From Methanobacteriota archaeon (GTDB lineage: Archaea; Thermoplasmatota; Thermoplasmata; Methanomassiliicoccales; Methanomethylophilaceae), in NCBI GenBank assembly GCA_012719315.1, contig JAAYAP010000043.1, forward strand, positions 1 to 36,365: 36,365 nucleotides of DNA, in the 5' to 3' direction. Shown here in pieces: positions 1 to 9,203 of the stretch (positions are counted from its first letter, which is position 1; every line of letters begins with the position of its first letter). Both the position numbers and the translations under genes were made by a program. The notes under the pieces are model-generated. The model was not told where the DNA came from. It was given only the letters and a program-made list of their open reading frames with translations, and did not search any database.

Positions 1-1
1 C

Positions 2-535
2 GGAGTCATCCGGGAGATCGGCAGGGTGCTGGACGGCAGGCCGCTGGACGCGGTCATCCTCACGCATTGCCATGCCGATCATGCCGGCGGGCTCGAGGAC
101 ATAGTCGCCGAGTTCTCCTGCAGAGCCTATGCGGGCGGGGATGCGGATTTCATCCGGAGGGGGGATGCGGTGATGCTCGGCGAGGAGGTGATCGGCCGGA
201 GGCTGCCGCCCATGGAGGTGGACGAGTTGCGCGACGGCGAGATCATCGATCTCGGCGAGCATCGGCTGCGGGTGATCGACACCCCCGGGCACACGAGCGG
301 GAGCATATCCCTGTATGACGAGGTGACGAAGTCCCTCTTCTCGGGAGACACGTTGTTCCAGATGGGTGTGGGCCGCACGGATTTCCCCACCGGTTCCTAT
401 GAGGAGTTGGCGGGATCGCTGATCAAGCTCAGCAATATAGAAATAAAGTCACTGTATCCTGGACATGGTAACATCTCGGAACACGGTGATCGAATGGTAA
501 GGTACGGGTTGGATATGATGGGGGTGCGCAGATGA
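2..535 (+). CDS. MBL-fold metallo-hydrolase (glyoxalase II-like), 5' end outside the window
   Basis: THCHADH (HxHxDH), TPGHT, FSGDTLF and YPGHG motifs; frame open back to the window start; ATGA overlap with the next gene. Confidence 0.9.
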   Translation, partial: GVIREIGRVLDGRPLDAVILTHCHADHAGGLEDIVAEFSCRAYAGGDADFIRRGDAVMLGEEVIGRRLPPMEVDELRDGEIIDLGEHRLRVIDTPGHTSGSISLYDEVTKSLFSGDTLFQMGVGRTDFPTGSYEELAGSLIKLSNIEIKSLYPGHGNISEHGDRMVRYGLDMMGVRR

Positions 536-1170
536 GGATAGTTAGGTGCGACAGTTCGAACGGCATGAACGCCCATTGCGTCGATGCGGTGTTGAACGCC
601 GCCGAGGACATAAGCGAGGGCAAGCTGATCGTGTACCCCACGGACACGGTCTACGGCATCGGAGCGGACATATACAACCAGGTCGCGGTCAAGAACCTCT
701 TCATCACCAAGAACCGGCCGTTCGACATGGCCCTCTCGGTGGCGGCATGCGATATGGCGATGATCGAGAAGCTGGCGCATGTGGACGATAACGCGGAGAA
801 GCTGATCAAGGCCTTCCTCCCCGGGCCGCTGACGCTCATCATGCCCAAGCAGCCGGATGTGCCCGATCTCCTCACGGCGATGTCCCAGAAGGTCGGTATC
901 CGCATACCGGACCACCCCATCGCTCTGGAGATCGTCAAGAAAGCCGGACCCATCGTCGCGACATCGGCCAACCTGCATTCCAAACCCGATGCGACCACCG
1001 TCGCAGAAGCCATGGAGGATTTCGGCGACAGCATCAGCACGTACATAGACGCGGGCAGATCCGCTTCGGGCAAGCCGTCCACGATCGTGTGGTTCGACAA
1101 CGGCGAGATCGAGATCGTGCGCCAGGGGCAGATAACGATCGATCAGATCGAGGAAGTCCTGAGATGTTGA
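532..1170 (+). CDS. sua5: L-threonylcarbamoyladenylate synthase, single YrdC/TsaC domain
   Basis: VYPTDTVYGI, KxR, PGPLT, GIRIPDHP, ATSANL and PSTIV motifs; 212 aa with no C-terminal SUA5 domain. Confidence 0.93.
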   Translation: MRIVRCDSSNGMNAHCVDAVLNAAEDISEGKLIVYPTDTVYGIGADIYNQVAVKNLFITKNRPFDMALSVAACDMAMIEKLAHVDDNAEKLIKAFLPGPLTLIMPKQPDVPDLLTAMSQKVGIRIPDHPIALEIVKKAGPIVATSANLHSKPDATTVAEAMEDFGDSISTYIDAGRSASGKPSTIVWFDNGEIEIVRQGQITIDQIEEVLRC

Positions 1171-2054
1171 CCCCGGACCAACTGGAGAAGCTGCGCAGAG
1201 CCGGCAAGACCGCCGCGGCCGCCAGGGACCTGGGTCTCGGCATGGTCGACGAGGGCGTCAGGCTCTGCGATGTGGCCGACGAGGTCGAAGGGTACATAAG
1301 GAGGCATGGCTGCGGTCTGGCATTCCCCTGCAACATCAGCCGCAACGAGGTCGCCGCGCACTTCACCCCGACGACGGACGATGCGGCGGTGTTCGCGAAC
1401 GGGGACGTGGTCAAGGTCGATTGCGGCGCCGAGCTCGACGGCTATGTCGGGGACACCGCAGGCACGGTCGAGATCGGCACCCGGGCCCACACGGGGCTGA
1501 TCGAAGCCTCCAAGGATGCCAGGGACAGCGTCGCCGAGTTCATCGGCGAGGGCACGCCGCTCACCGAGATCGGGCGGCTGGTCGAAACAGTCCTCAGACA
1601 GGCCGGGTTCAGACCGGTCGAGAACCTCTGCGGGCATCAGATCGAACCGTACAACCTGCACGCGGGCCTCTCGGTGCCCAGCTATGCGAACGGGGATCAC
1701 ACCGTCCTCAGGGCGGGCATGGTGGTCGCCGTCGAGCCCTTCGCCACCGACGGCGGGGGAGCGGTCGTCAACGGCCCGGCCGGCAACATCGTGAGGATGG
1801 TCCGGGAACGCAGGATCGAGGATCCGCGCACGGCGGAGTTCCTCGAATACGTCAAAGCGGAGTTCAAGACGTTCCCCTTCTGCGCCAGGAGCTGCGATTT
1901 CCCGGATGCCGAGAAGCACGTCAAGGCCCTGGTGCGCAGAGGCGTGCTTTCGAGCTATGCGCAGCTGGTGGAGGTCAAAGGGGGCATCGTCTCTCAGCAC
2001 GAGCACACGTTCTACATCGCGGGACCGAGGGCGGAGGTCACCACTTTACCGTAA
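1164..2054 (+). CDS. map: Type II methionine aminopeptidase
   Basis: AFPCNIS, AAHFTP, KVDCGA, GDTA, NLCGH, AVEPFAT and SQHEHT motifs; start placed at ATG 1164 overlapping the sua5 end. Confidence 0.95.
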   Translation: MLTPDQLEKLRRAGKTAAAARDLGLGMVDEGVRLCDVADEVEGYIRRHGCGLAFPCNISRNEVAAHFTPTTDDAAVFANGDVVKVDCGAELDGYVGDTAGTVEIGTRAHTGLIEASKDARDSVAEFIGEGTPLTEIGRLVETVLRQAGFRPVENLCGHQIEPYNLHAGLSVPSYANGDHTVLRAGMVVAVEPFATDGGGAVVNGPAGNIVRMVRERRIEDPRTAEFLEYVKAEFKTFPFCARSCDFPDAEKHVKALVRRGVLSSYAQLVEVKGGIVSQHEHTFYIAGPRAEVTTLP

Positions 2055-2092
2055 AGGTTTATCTATCATCCATGATTACAACCTCCGACAAT

Positions 2093-2177
2093 GCCGATGT
2101 TGCCAAGCCTGGTCAAAGGCGATGGACTCAAGATCCATTCTCGTAGGAGTTCACCGGTTCGAATCCGGTCGTCGCCA
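2093..2177 (+). tRNA. tRNA-Leu(CAA), long variable arm, CCA not encoded
   Basis: Cloverleaf: GCCGATG acceptor strand, D arm GCC/GGC, ATGGA-CT-CAA-GA-TCCAT anticodon arm, ACCGG-TTCGAAT-CCGGT T arm, A73; TATA-like TTTATCTA about 30 nt upstream. Confidence 0.93.
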
Positions 2178-2246
2178 CGACCCTCCTTCTTTAATGTGCG
2201 CATGCCCGCGCCCGCCCGTGCGTCGCACGCGGGCTCATCCCTAATC

Positions 2247-2254
2247 TTTATAAA
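2247..2254 (+). promoter_or_regulatory. Archaeal TATA box for the rps13 operon
   Basis: TTTATAAA in an otherwise GC-rich intergenic region; implies a transcription start near 2275-2280. Confidence 0.7.
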
Positions 2255-2277
2255 CGGTAAGCACATCAGCGACCGTG

Positions 2278-2374
2278 CGTAAACTCAGGACCCGTCGCAT
2301 AGACGAACACTGAGAGCACATACCCGTGAGGTCTGTGCTTGGCTACATCCCTTCCGAGGGAGCATTTACGGAGG
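2278..2374 (+). ncRNA. Candidate structured 5' leader of rps13-rps4-rps11-rpoD (four-way junction)
   Basis: Four stems found by eye, one with a UNCG-type loop and one with a GNRA-like loop; closing stem abuts the GGAGG SD. Confidence 0.55.
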
Positions 2375-2384
2375 ATTGAGCATA

Positions 2385-2861
2385 ATGGTGAAACAACCGA
2401 AGAAAGAAGCTTCCGCAGTCGAAGATGAGGATTTCAACTTCATCGTGCGCATTGCGAACAGCAACATAGATGGCCAGAAGAGGGTTCCGATCGGCCTCCA
2501 GAGCATCAAAGGCGTGGGCAACCGGGCCTCGAACATCATCGTCAAGAAGGCCGGCCTCGACAACTCGGTGAGGATAGGCACCCTCTCCGACGAGAAGGTC
2601 AAGGAGCTCGAGCAGCTCGTGATGACCTACGTCGAGTACGTTCCCAACTGGGTGATCAACAGGCAGATGGACTACGAGTCCGGTGCCGACATGCACCTGA
2701 TCGGCAACGACCTCAACATCATCCAGGAAGACGACGTCAACAGGATGAAGATGATCCGCTGCTACCGCGGCATCAGGCACGAGACCAACCGCAAGGTGAG
2801 AGGCCAGAGAACCCGTTCCAACGGCAGGAAGGGCCTCACCATGGGCGTGAAGAGGAAATAA
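2385..2861 (+). CDS. rps13: 30S ribosomal protein uS13
   Basis: FNFIVRIANSNIDG, IKGVG, YRGIRH...KVRGQRTRSNGR; GGAGG upstream; alternative TTG start at 2376. Confidence 0.97.
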   Translation: MVKQPKKEASAVEDEDFNFIVRIANSNIDGQKRVPIGLQSIKGVGNRASNIIVKKAGLDNSVRIGTLSDEKVKELEQLVMTYVEYVPNWVINRQMDYESGADMHLIGNDLNIIQEDDVNRMKMIRCYRGIRHETNRKVRGQRTRSNGRKGLTMGVKRK

Positions 2862-2877
2862 TCCAGAGGTGTTATGA

Positions 2878-3528
2878 ATGGGAGATCCTAAATTTTCACG
2901 CAAGACATACGATACGCCCTCTCACCCCTGGCAGGGGGAGAGGATAAAGGCCGAGGTCGAGGTCGTCCGCGAATTCGGACTGAAGAACAAGACCGAGGTC
3001 TGGAAAGCAGAGACGATGCTGAGGAACCTCAGGAAGCAGTCCAGGGAGCTGCAGGCCCGCCTCAGGGCAGGGGATGCGCAGGCCAAGGTCGAGAGCGAGG
3101 CGTTGCTGAACAAATGCGCTCGCATCGGCATCCTGCCGGTGACGGGCGGAACACTCAACGACATCCTGGTCCTCACGGATTCGGACATCCTCTCGCGCCG
3201 TCTGCAGACCGTCGTCTACGAGAAGGGACTGTCGTCCACGATCAGGCAGGCGAGGCAGATGATCACGCACGGCCACATCTTCATCAACGGCCACAGGGTC
3301 ACCGTGCCCGGCTACATCGTCAGGAGAGAGGAGGAGGCGTCCGTGGAACTCAACGCGGCGTCGCCTTTCACCGATGAGATGCACCCGATGCGGATGTCGC
3401 CCGATGCGAAAGCCCTGCTCATGGAGAAGAAAGAGGAGGCTCACCGCAGGACCGAGGCCGCACAGGCGGCGGAGTCCAAAGCGGATGCCGAGGAAGCAGG
3501 CATAACTGCAGAGGACGGTGATCTCTGA
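2878..3528 (+). CDS. rps4: 30S ribosomal protein uS4
   Basis: [39 protein letters not shown]. Confidence 0.98.
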   Translation: MGDPKFSRKTYDTPSHPWQGERIKAEVEVVREFGLKNKTEVWKAETMLRNLRKQSRELQARLRAGDAQAKVESEALLNKCARIGILPVTGGTLNDILVLTDSDILSRRLQTVVYEKGLSSTIRQARQMITHGHIFINGHRVTVPGYIVRREEEASVELNAASPFTDEMHPMRMSPDAKALLMEKKEEAHRRTEAAQAAESKADAEEAGITAEDGDL

Positions 3529-3920
3529 TGGCGACAGCACAGAAATGGGGAATAGCGAACATATACGCCAGCTACAACAACATCATGATCACGTTGACCG
3601 ACGTCACCGGCGCCGAGACGCTCGCGAAAGTCACCGGAGGGATGGTCGTCAAGCAGGCGAAGGACGAATCGTCTCCATATGCGGCGCAGAGGGCGGCCGA
3701 GAAGATCGCCGAGGTCGCGGCCGAGAAGGACATCATGGGCGTACACGTCAAGGTGCGTGCCCCCGGAGGCAACAAATCGACCTCCCCCGGGCCCGGTGCC
3801 CAGGCGGCCATCCGCGCTCTCGCGAGGGCGGGCCTCAAGATCGGACGCATCGAGGACGTAACACCTATTCCGCACGACGGAACCAAGAAGAAGGGCGGGC
3901 GCAGGGGACGCAGGGTCTGA
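3528..3920 (+). CDS. rps11: 30S ribosomal protein uS11
   Basis: [51 protein letters not shown]. Confidence 0.98.
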   Translation: MATAQKWGIANIYASYNNIMITLTDVTGAETLAKVTGGMVVKQAKDESSPYAAQRAAEKIAEVAAEKDIMGVHVKVRAPGGNKSTSPGPGAQAAIRALARAGLKIGRIEDVTPIPHDGTKKKGGRRGRRV

Positions 3921-3932
3921 GGAGGTATTTCA

Positions 3933-4763
3933 ATGGATATTGAAATACTCGAAATGGCGGAACGCAAAGGGAGCTTCATCCTGAAGGATTCCACGCCCGC
4001 CATGGCGAACGCGCTCAGGAGGACCATGCTGTCCGACATACCCAAGATGGCCATCGACAAGGTCGAGTTCCATCTCGGGCCCATCATGGTCGACGGCAAG
4101 GAGTATGAGAGCGTCACGCCCCTGTTCGACGAGATCATCGCTCACAGGCTCGGGATGGTCCCGGTGCCGACCGACTACGAGTTGTTCTCCCCCCAGTCCG
4201 AATGCGTATGCGAAGGCGAAGGCTGTCCCAACTGCACGATAATGTACAGTCTGAACAAGATCGGCCCCTGCACGGTGCTGTCCGGCGACATGATCCCGCT
4301 CGGGAACTCCGATCTCAAGGTCAAGGACGAGGACATACCGATTGTGGAGCTCACCGACGGGCAGGCCGTGCTCATATACGCCACGGCGGTCATCGGCAGG
4401 TCCAGGGACCATGTCAAATGGCAGGCCGCGTTCGGCGTGGGGTACAAGTACCTGCCGAAGGTCGGGATCGATCCCGACGCGGCGGACGACCCGGAGCTCC
4501 TCGAGGTCATCGACGTCTGCCCTCGGAAGGTGTTCGAGGATAAGGACGGCAGGTTGACCGTGGTCAACGCCAACGCCTGCTCGCTGTGTCGGGCCTGCGA
4601 GAGGATCTCGCGCGGCGCCGTCACCGTCGAGGGCGACGACAGGAACTTCCTGTTCACCTACGACACCGACGGCTCGCTCACGGCCAGGCAGGTCCTGGAT
4701 GTGGCGGCGGGCATCATCGCCGAAGAGGCGGGCGGCCTGGCGGAGCAGATCGAAGCGTTATGA
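3933..4763 (+). CDS. rpoD: DNA-directed RNA polymerase subunit D (Rpo3) with ferredoxin-like domain
   Basis: ANALRR, DEIIAHRLGMVP, CxC...CxxC, HVKWQ, CP...CSLCRAC; canonical position after rps11. Confidence 0.96.
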   Translation: MDIEILEMAERKGSFILKDSTPAMANALRRTMLSDIPKMAIDKVEFHLGPIMVDGKEYESVTPLFDEIIAHRLGMVPVPTDYELFSPQSECVCEGEGCPNCTIMYSLNKIGPCTVLSGDMIPLGNSDLKVKDEDIPIVELTDGQAVLIYATAVIGRSRDHVKWQAAFGVGYKYLPKVGIDPDAADDPELLEVIDVCPRKVFEDKDGRLTVVNANACSLCRACERISRGAVTVEGDDRNFLFTYDTDGSLTARQVLDVAAGIIAEEAGGLAEQIEAL

Positions 4764-4771
4764 AACATCTT

Positions 4772-4793
4772 CCCGGGCCCGTGAGGGTCCGGG
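4772..4793. terminator. GC-rich hairpin between convergent rpoD and polC
   Basis: CCCGGGCCC-GTGA-GGGTCCGGG, 9 bp including one G-U, GNRA loop; terminator role inferred. Confidence 0.5.
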
Positions 4794-4814
4794 CATCATA
4801 TCACTCTCATCGGT

Positions 4815-7800
4815 TCAGTAGAAATCCGAGAGCTTGCATTTCTTCACTTTATCGTTGTTGAACAGGGAGTCCATGTTCATCTCGAGCATGTCGATGCGGT
4901 CCCTGGTGTACTCGTCGAGGCCGTACCTCTCGCTGATCTCCTTGGAGACCTCCAGGTACTTCCTGACGCTCGCCTCGTGGACGGTCAGGGTCAGGGTGTG
5001 CCCGCAGTTGGTGCACAGCCCCTTCAAAGGTATCCTCCGGTACTTCTCTCCGCACTTGGTGCATCTGACCGTCTGGGCGGCGAATCTCCGCATGTTCCCG
5101 ATCATGTCGGGCATGAAGTGCTTGTTGATCACCTTGGTGGCGACATCCTTCTCGTCGACTGCGCGCAGCTTCTTGCCGAGCTCGAGCTGGGCGTCCATCT
5201 TGTCCATCATCGTGACCAACGTGGTGTACGCGGAGTACTTGGGTCCTTCCGCGATATCCTTGGTGTCGTGGGTGAATCCCAGTCCCTCGTACTGCCCGGG
5301 CGTGCCGATGCGGCCCGCGACCAGGTCCATGATCTTGTCGATCTCCTTGGGATCGCGCATCTCCATCGCCGCCCGGTAGAACTCCAGCGGGTACCGTCTG
5401 AGGCAATCGACGTTGTGCGCCTCCTTGTCGATCTCGTTCGGATCGAGCCTGGTGGTCAGGACCAGGGGCGCATCCATGAGGCCGCCGCGCCGGTTGGGCA
5501 GGAAGGACCTCGAGAAGTTCAACAGGCCGTCCATGGCGAGGATGATGCAATCCTCGTCCCCGTCGCAGTTCCTCCGTTTGGCCGCGTGGAAGAACGGGTG
5601 CCCGTAGCATCCGCGCACATCGGAATAGCCGATGATGCGGCACAGGATGCAACCGGAGGTGTGGGGGGCGAGGGCGTAGGCGAGATGGCCGATGAGCTCG
5701 CCGCGGTGGTCCACGGCGTAGAACCGCTCCATGTCGTACAGCTTCTCGAGCTCGTCATCGACGAACCGGGCGACCTTGACCATGTAGTCGCCGCAATCCT
5801 GCGAGGGGACGATGTCCTGGACCTTGAGTTCGACGATCTGCTCCGGGTCGACGAGCGGCTCCCCGTTCCAGTCGTGCGTGTAGCCCAGTTCGCGGGCTCT
5901 GTCGACGGAGAGCCCGATCTCCCTCGGTTTGAAATGGGTGAGGGGGATATCGGTCATATCGAAGCGGATCGTGCCTTCGCGGAACACGGAGACCTCGTTC
6001 TTCGATCTGAGTATCCCCTTCTCCAGGGCTTCGGGGACCTTGTTCCTCGAAGTCAGCTTGTCCATGCATTTGACGTCGACCGACCGTTCCCCGATATTAT
6101 CCAATGCGTCCGCGAACTCTTTCTCGATGTTCAGCTTCGTCAACGGCTGGTTGCCGAACGAAGCCTGACGGCCGGTCTCGACGAGGACGGTGTGGCGGCG
6201 GCAGTCCCGGCACCAGGTGCGGAAGGTGAACTCCCCGCACTCCGGGCATCTGCGGCGGTTGATCTCGACATCCACGCCGAGCTCGTTGCCGCTCTTGAGG
6301 CTGGAGCTGCCGATCCGAGCGGTCTTCACGGCCGATTCCACGTCCTTCCTCGGCTGCGTGTTCATCCCCACCGGGAACACGGTGTGCAGCTTGGGGGTGA
6401 GCTCGCGCTCCTTGGCCTTCTCGGGCCGGCCCATGCGGGCCCCGATGCGCGTCATGGTCCTGGCGCGGACCTCGTAGCCTGCGGCCAGGCTCACCGCCTC
6501 CAGCGTATCGCCGCCGTTCAATTCCGCGACCTTCTCGAAACCGTCTCCCGCGACTGCGAGACCGAGGCAGTCGGTCATCGCCTCCGAGTAGACCTCGTCG
6601 ACGATCGCCCTGCCGTCGCGGAACCTGTGCGTCGCGCACAGGTCCTCCAGGATCCTCTTGACCGCGGGAGGGGCGGCGAAGGAGAGGTTTCCACCCTCCT
6701 TCCTGCCCGATCCCAGGACCGCATCCCTGAGCTCGATCAGCGATCCGACCGTGATGTCCGACCACATGAGGTTGAATCCCGGGTGCAGAGGGACGCCCGA
6801 CTCCTTCGACATCTCCTTGGCGCGCGCGTAGGTCGGGTCCTCCCAATCGTCGGGCAGCCCGCCTTTGGCCAGCAGCTCCTCCCGGTGCCATTCGATGACG
6901 TATCCGCAGGGCACCAGCAGGTGGTTGTTCTCGCAGAACTCCCCGAAGGGGATCAGGATCTCGCCGTTGTCGACGATCTCCACGATACGGTCCTTGACCG
7001 CGGCCACGGCCTCTGGGTCCCGGCAATAGACGAGATCGCCGTTGTCTAGCAGCACATGCGGTCCCTCCAGCATGTCGCAGGGGGTGACGACGCAGCCTTT
7101 GCCCGGCCGCTCGGTCTTCAACTGCGTCCCGAGCGCCATGAACTCGTCCATCACGTACATCGTCGCCGGGCTGTAGGCGAGAGCGGCCAATCCGGTCGTC
7201 CTCGCCCGCCCGTATCTGAGTCTGAATCCTCCTTTGACGCACGGGTGCCCGAAGATCGGACGTCCGGCCACCAGGTCCTTGAGGTAGTCGAAGGACGGCT
7301 CCACGGTCTTCGTGTCGTCTCCGCTGTCCGCTTCCGCGCCGCTGTGGGCTTCGAGGTACTCCCCGATGAAATCCCATCCTTCGATGTTGAGACGGTCCAC
7401 GTGCCTCTTCAGCTTGGATGCCTTGAGGCACATGCCCTCGGAGATGACGAGGCAGGCCCCGCCCCTGACCTTGTTGGTGTCGATGCGCGGGAGATCCCTG
7501 AATCCGGAGATCTCCACCTGCTCGGTGCCTTCGCCGTCGATGCAGATCGGGCAGTTGCTGACGATCAGGGCGATCTCCGCCGGAGTGGGTGTGAACTGCA
7601 GATGCTGGATCTGCTTGTAGAGGGGGATCTCCTCGTTGAATCTGGCGATCTCCTGCGGGGTCGGGATGTACTTGCCGATCCCGAGCGCTTGCCTCACCAT
7701 GTCGGCGATGAGGACGCTCATGGCCTGCGCCGTGCCCCCCGCGGCACGGATCGGGCCTGCGAAGACGAGATCGATGTAGTTGGAGCCGTCGGCGTTGCTC

Positions 7801-8198
7801 TTGATCCTGGTGTCGGCGATGCCTTCGAGCGGAGCCACCAGGATGCCCTCGGTGAGCACGGCGAGTCCGACCCTGACCGCCCGGTCCACGGCCATCTCGA
7901 GGCTCTCGGCGGGCCGTCCGGCCACCTCCTTGGCGATCATCAGGGCGACGACCTCGCGGTTGCCGTACTCGGCGGTCAGCCTCCTGATGTCGTCGGCGAC
8001 GCCTTCGACCCGGTAATCGATCAGCAGCTTCTCCACCCTGGACGCGAGGTCCTCGGCCTGGGGGATCTCTATGAACGGCTCCGGATCGAAACCCTTGCCC
8101 CTGGCGATCTCGGCGATCCTGTAGCATCCGTCGTTGGCTTCAGAGAGTCTGGCGAAGTATTCGGCCATCCCTTCGCTGGCGGCGATACGCGAGGACAT
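4815..8198 (-). CDS. polC: DNA polymerase D large subunit DP2, no intein
   Basis: TEGILVAPLEGI, GPIRAAGGT, GGFRLRYGR, RMGRPEK, catalytic RRNCDGDED, C-terminal Cys4 zinc finger and PIP-like KLSDFY. Confidence 0.98.
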   Translation of the reverse strand: MSSRIAASEGMAEYFARLSEANDGCYRIAEIARGKGFDPEPFIEIPQAEDLASRVEKLLIDYRVEGVADDIRRLTAEYGNREVVALMIAKEVAGRPAESLEMAVDRAVRVGLAVLTEGILVAPLEGIADTRIKSNADGSNYIDLVFAGPIRAAGGTAQAMSVLIADMVRQALGIGKYIPTPQEIARFNEEIPLYKQIQHLQFTPTPAEIALIVSNCPICIDGEGTEQVEISGFRDLPRIDTNKVRGGACLVISEGMCLKASKLKRHVDRLNIEGWDFIGEYLEAHSGAEADSGDDTKTVEPSFDYLKDLVAGRPIFGHPCVKGGFRLRYGRARTTGLAALAYSPATMYVMDEFMALGTQLKTERPGKGCVVTPCDMLEGPHVLLDNGDLVYCRDPEAVAAVKDRIVEIVDNGEILIPFGEFCENNHLLVPCGYVIEWHREELLAKGGLPDDWEDPTYARAKEMSKESGVPLHPGFNLMWSDITVGSLIELRDAVLGSGRKEGGNLSFAAPPAVKRILEDLCATHRFRDGRAIVDEVYSEAMTDCLGLAVAGDGFEKVAELNGGDTLEAVSLAAGYEVRARTMTRIGARMGRPEKAKERELTPKLHTVFPVGMNTQPRKDVESAVKTARIGSSSLKSGNELGVDVEINRRRCPECGEFTFRTWCRDCRRHTVLVETGRQASFGNQPLTKLNIEKEFADALDNIGERSVDVKCMDKLTSRNKVPEALEKGILRSKNEVSVFREGTIRFDMTDIPLTHFKPREIGLSVDRARELGYTHDWNGEPLVDPEQIVELKVQDIVPSQDCGDYMVKVARFVDDELEKLYDMERFYAVDHRGELIGHLAYALAPHTSGCILCRIIGYSDVRGCYGHPFFHAAKRRNCDGDEDCIILAMDGLLNFSRSFLPNRRGGLMDAPLVLTTRLDPNEIDKEAHNVDCLRRYPLEFYRAAMEMRDPKEIDKIMDLVAGRIGTPGQYEGLGFTHDTKDIAEGPKYSAYTTLVTMMDKMDAQLELGKKLRAVDEKDVATKVINKHFMPDMIGNMRRFAAQTVRCTKCGEKYRRIPLKGLCTNCGHTLTLTVHEASVRKYLEVSKEISERYGLDEYTRDRIDMLEMNMDSLFNNDKVKKCKLSDFY

Positions 8199-8207
8199 GC
8201 GCTCCCC

Positions 8208-9203
8208 TCAGAACTCCGCCTCGACGGACCTGTTGCGATGCAGTTCCCTGAGCATCCCGATCAGCAACCCGCCGAGCTCTTCCATGCCTTCCCCGGTCTG
8301 CGCCGAGAACCGCATGTTGCCGCTCTCGGTCTGCATGAGGTCGGACTTGCTCTCGGCCACGACGATCGGCACGTCCGCGAATCCCGCCTGCACGGACGCC
8401 AGCAGCGCCTCCTGCTTCTCGAGCGAGTATCCGCAGGATTCCGAGGGGTCGATGATGAACAGCATGACGTCCGTGAGGTAACGCAGCGCCAGCACGGCCT
8501 GCTTCTCGATGTCGTTCCTGTCTTCGAAGCTGCGGTCCAGCAATCCGGGCGTGTCGATGATCTGGTACTTCCTCCAGTCATCCTCGATATGGCCGACGAT
8601 GATGCCCTTGGTGGTGAACGGGTACGGCGCGATCTGCGGCGCGGCCGTGCTCAGCTCGGTCACCAGCCTGCTTTTGCCGACGTTCGGGAAGCCGGCGACC
8701 ACCAGCGTCGGCACGTCGGGGTCGATCGCGGGCAGCTCCCTGAAACGGTTCTTGGCCTCCTGGAGGAACAGCAGGTCCTTGGAGATCTGGTTGATATGCG
8801 AGGACAGGCGTCCGTAGAAACCGTTCCTGATGAAATCCAGGTTCTTCGGGTCCTTGGTGCGCCGCGTCTCCCTCAGCGCCTCGTTCTTGAGCTTCTCGAC
8901 CCGGTTCGACACCCAGTTGACCGCACCCAGCGATTTCTTGTACTGGTCGATGCCGACGATGAGATCCATCAGCTCCGGCAGGAAGTCCTCGGTCTTCTCC
9001 ATGCGCGGGAACCTGTCGATGTACCCGTCGAGCGTGGACACGACGATATCCCCGGCGGCGGTTATCTTCGCCAGGGACGTCTTCTTCTTGGCATCCAATG
9101 CGTTCGTCCCCGTCTTGGAGATCTTGGATGCCCTGCGGAATGTCTTATCTATGAGTTCCTCGGCGGTCAGCACCGTAGGTATGTTGTAGTTCATCCCGGC
9201 CAT
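8208..9203 (-). CDS. NOG1 family GTP-binding protein
   Basis: GFPNVGKS, YPFTTK, DTPGLLDR, SKSD; N-terminal IPTVLTAEELIDKTF; start may be 9194. Confidence 0.93.
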   Translation of the reverse strand: MAGMNYNIPTVLTAEELIDKTFRRASKISKTGTNALDAKKKTSLAKITAAGDIVVSTLDGYIDRFPRMEKTEDFLPELMDLIVGIDQYKKSLGAVNWVSNRVEKLKNEALRETRRTKDPKNLDFIRNGFYGRLSSHINQISKDLLFLQEAKNRFRELPAIDPDVPTLVVAGFPNVGKSRLVTELSTAAPQIAPYPFTTKGIIVGHIEDDWRKYQIIDTPGLLDRSFEDRNDIEKQAVLALRYLTDVMLFIIDPSESCGYSLEKQEALLASVQAGFADVPIVVAESKSDLMQTESGNMRFSAQTGEGMEELGGLLIGMLRELHRNRSVEAEF

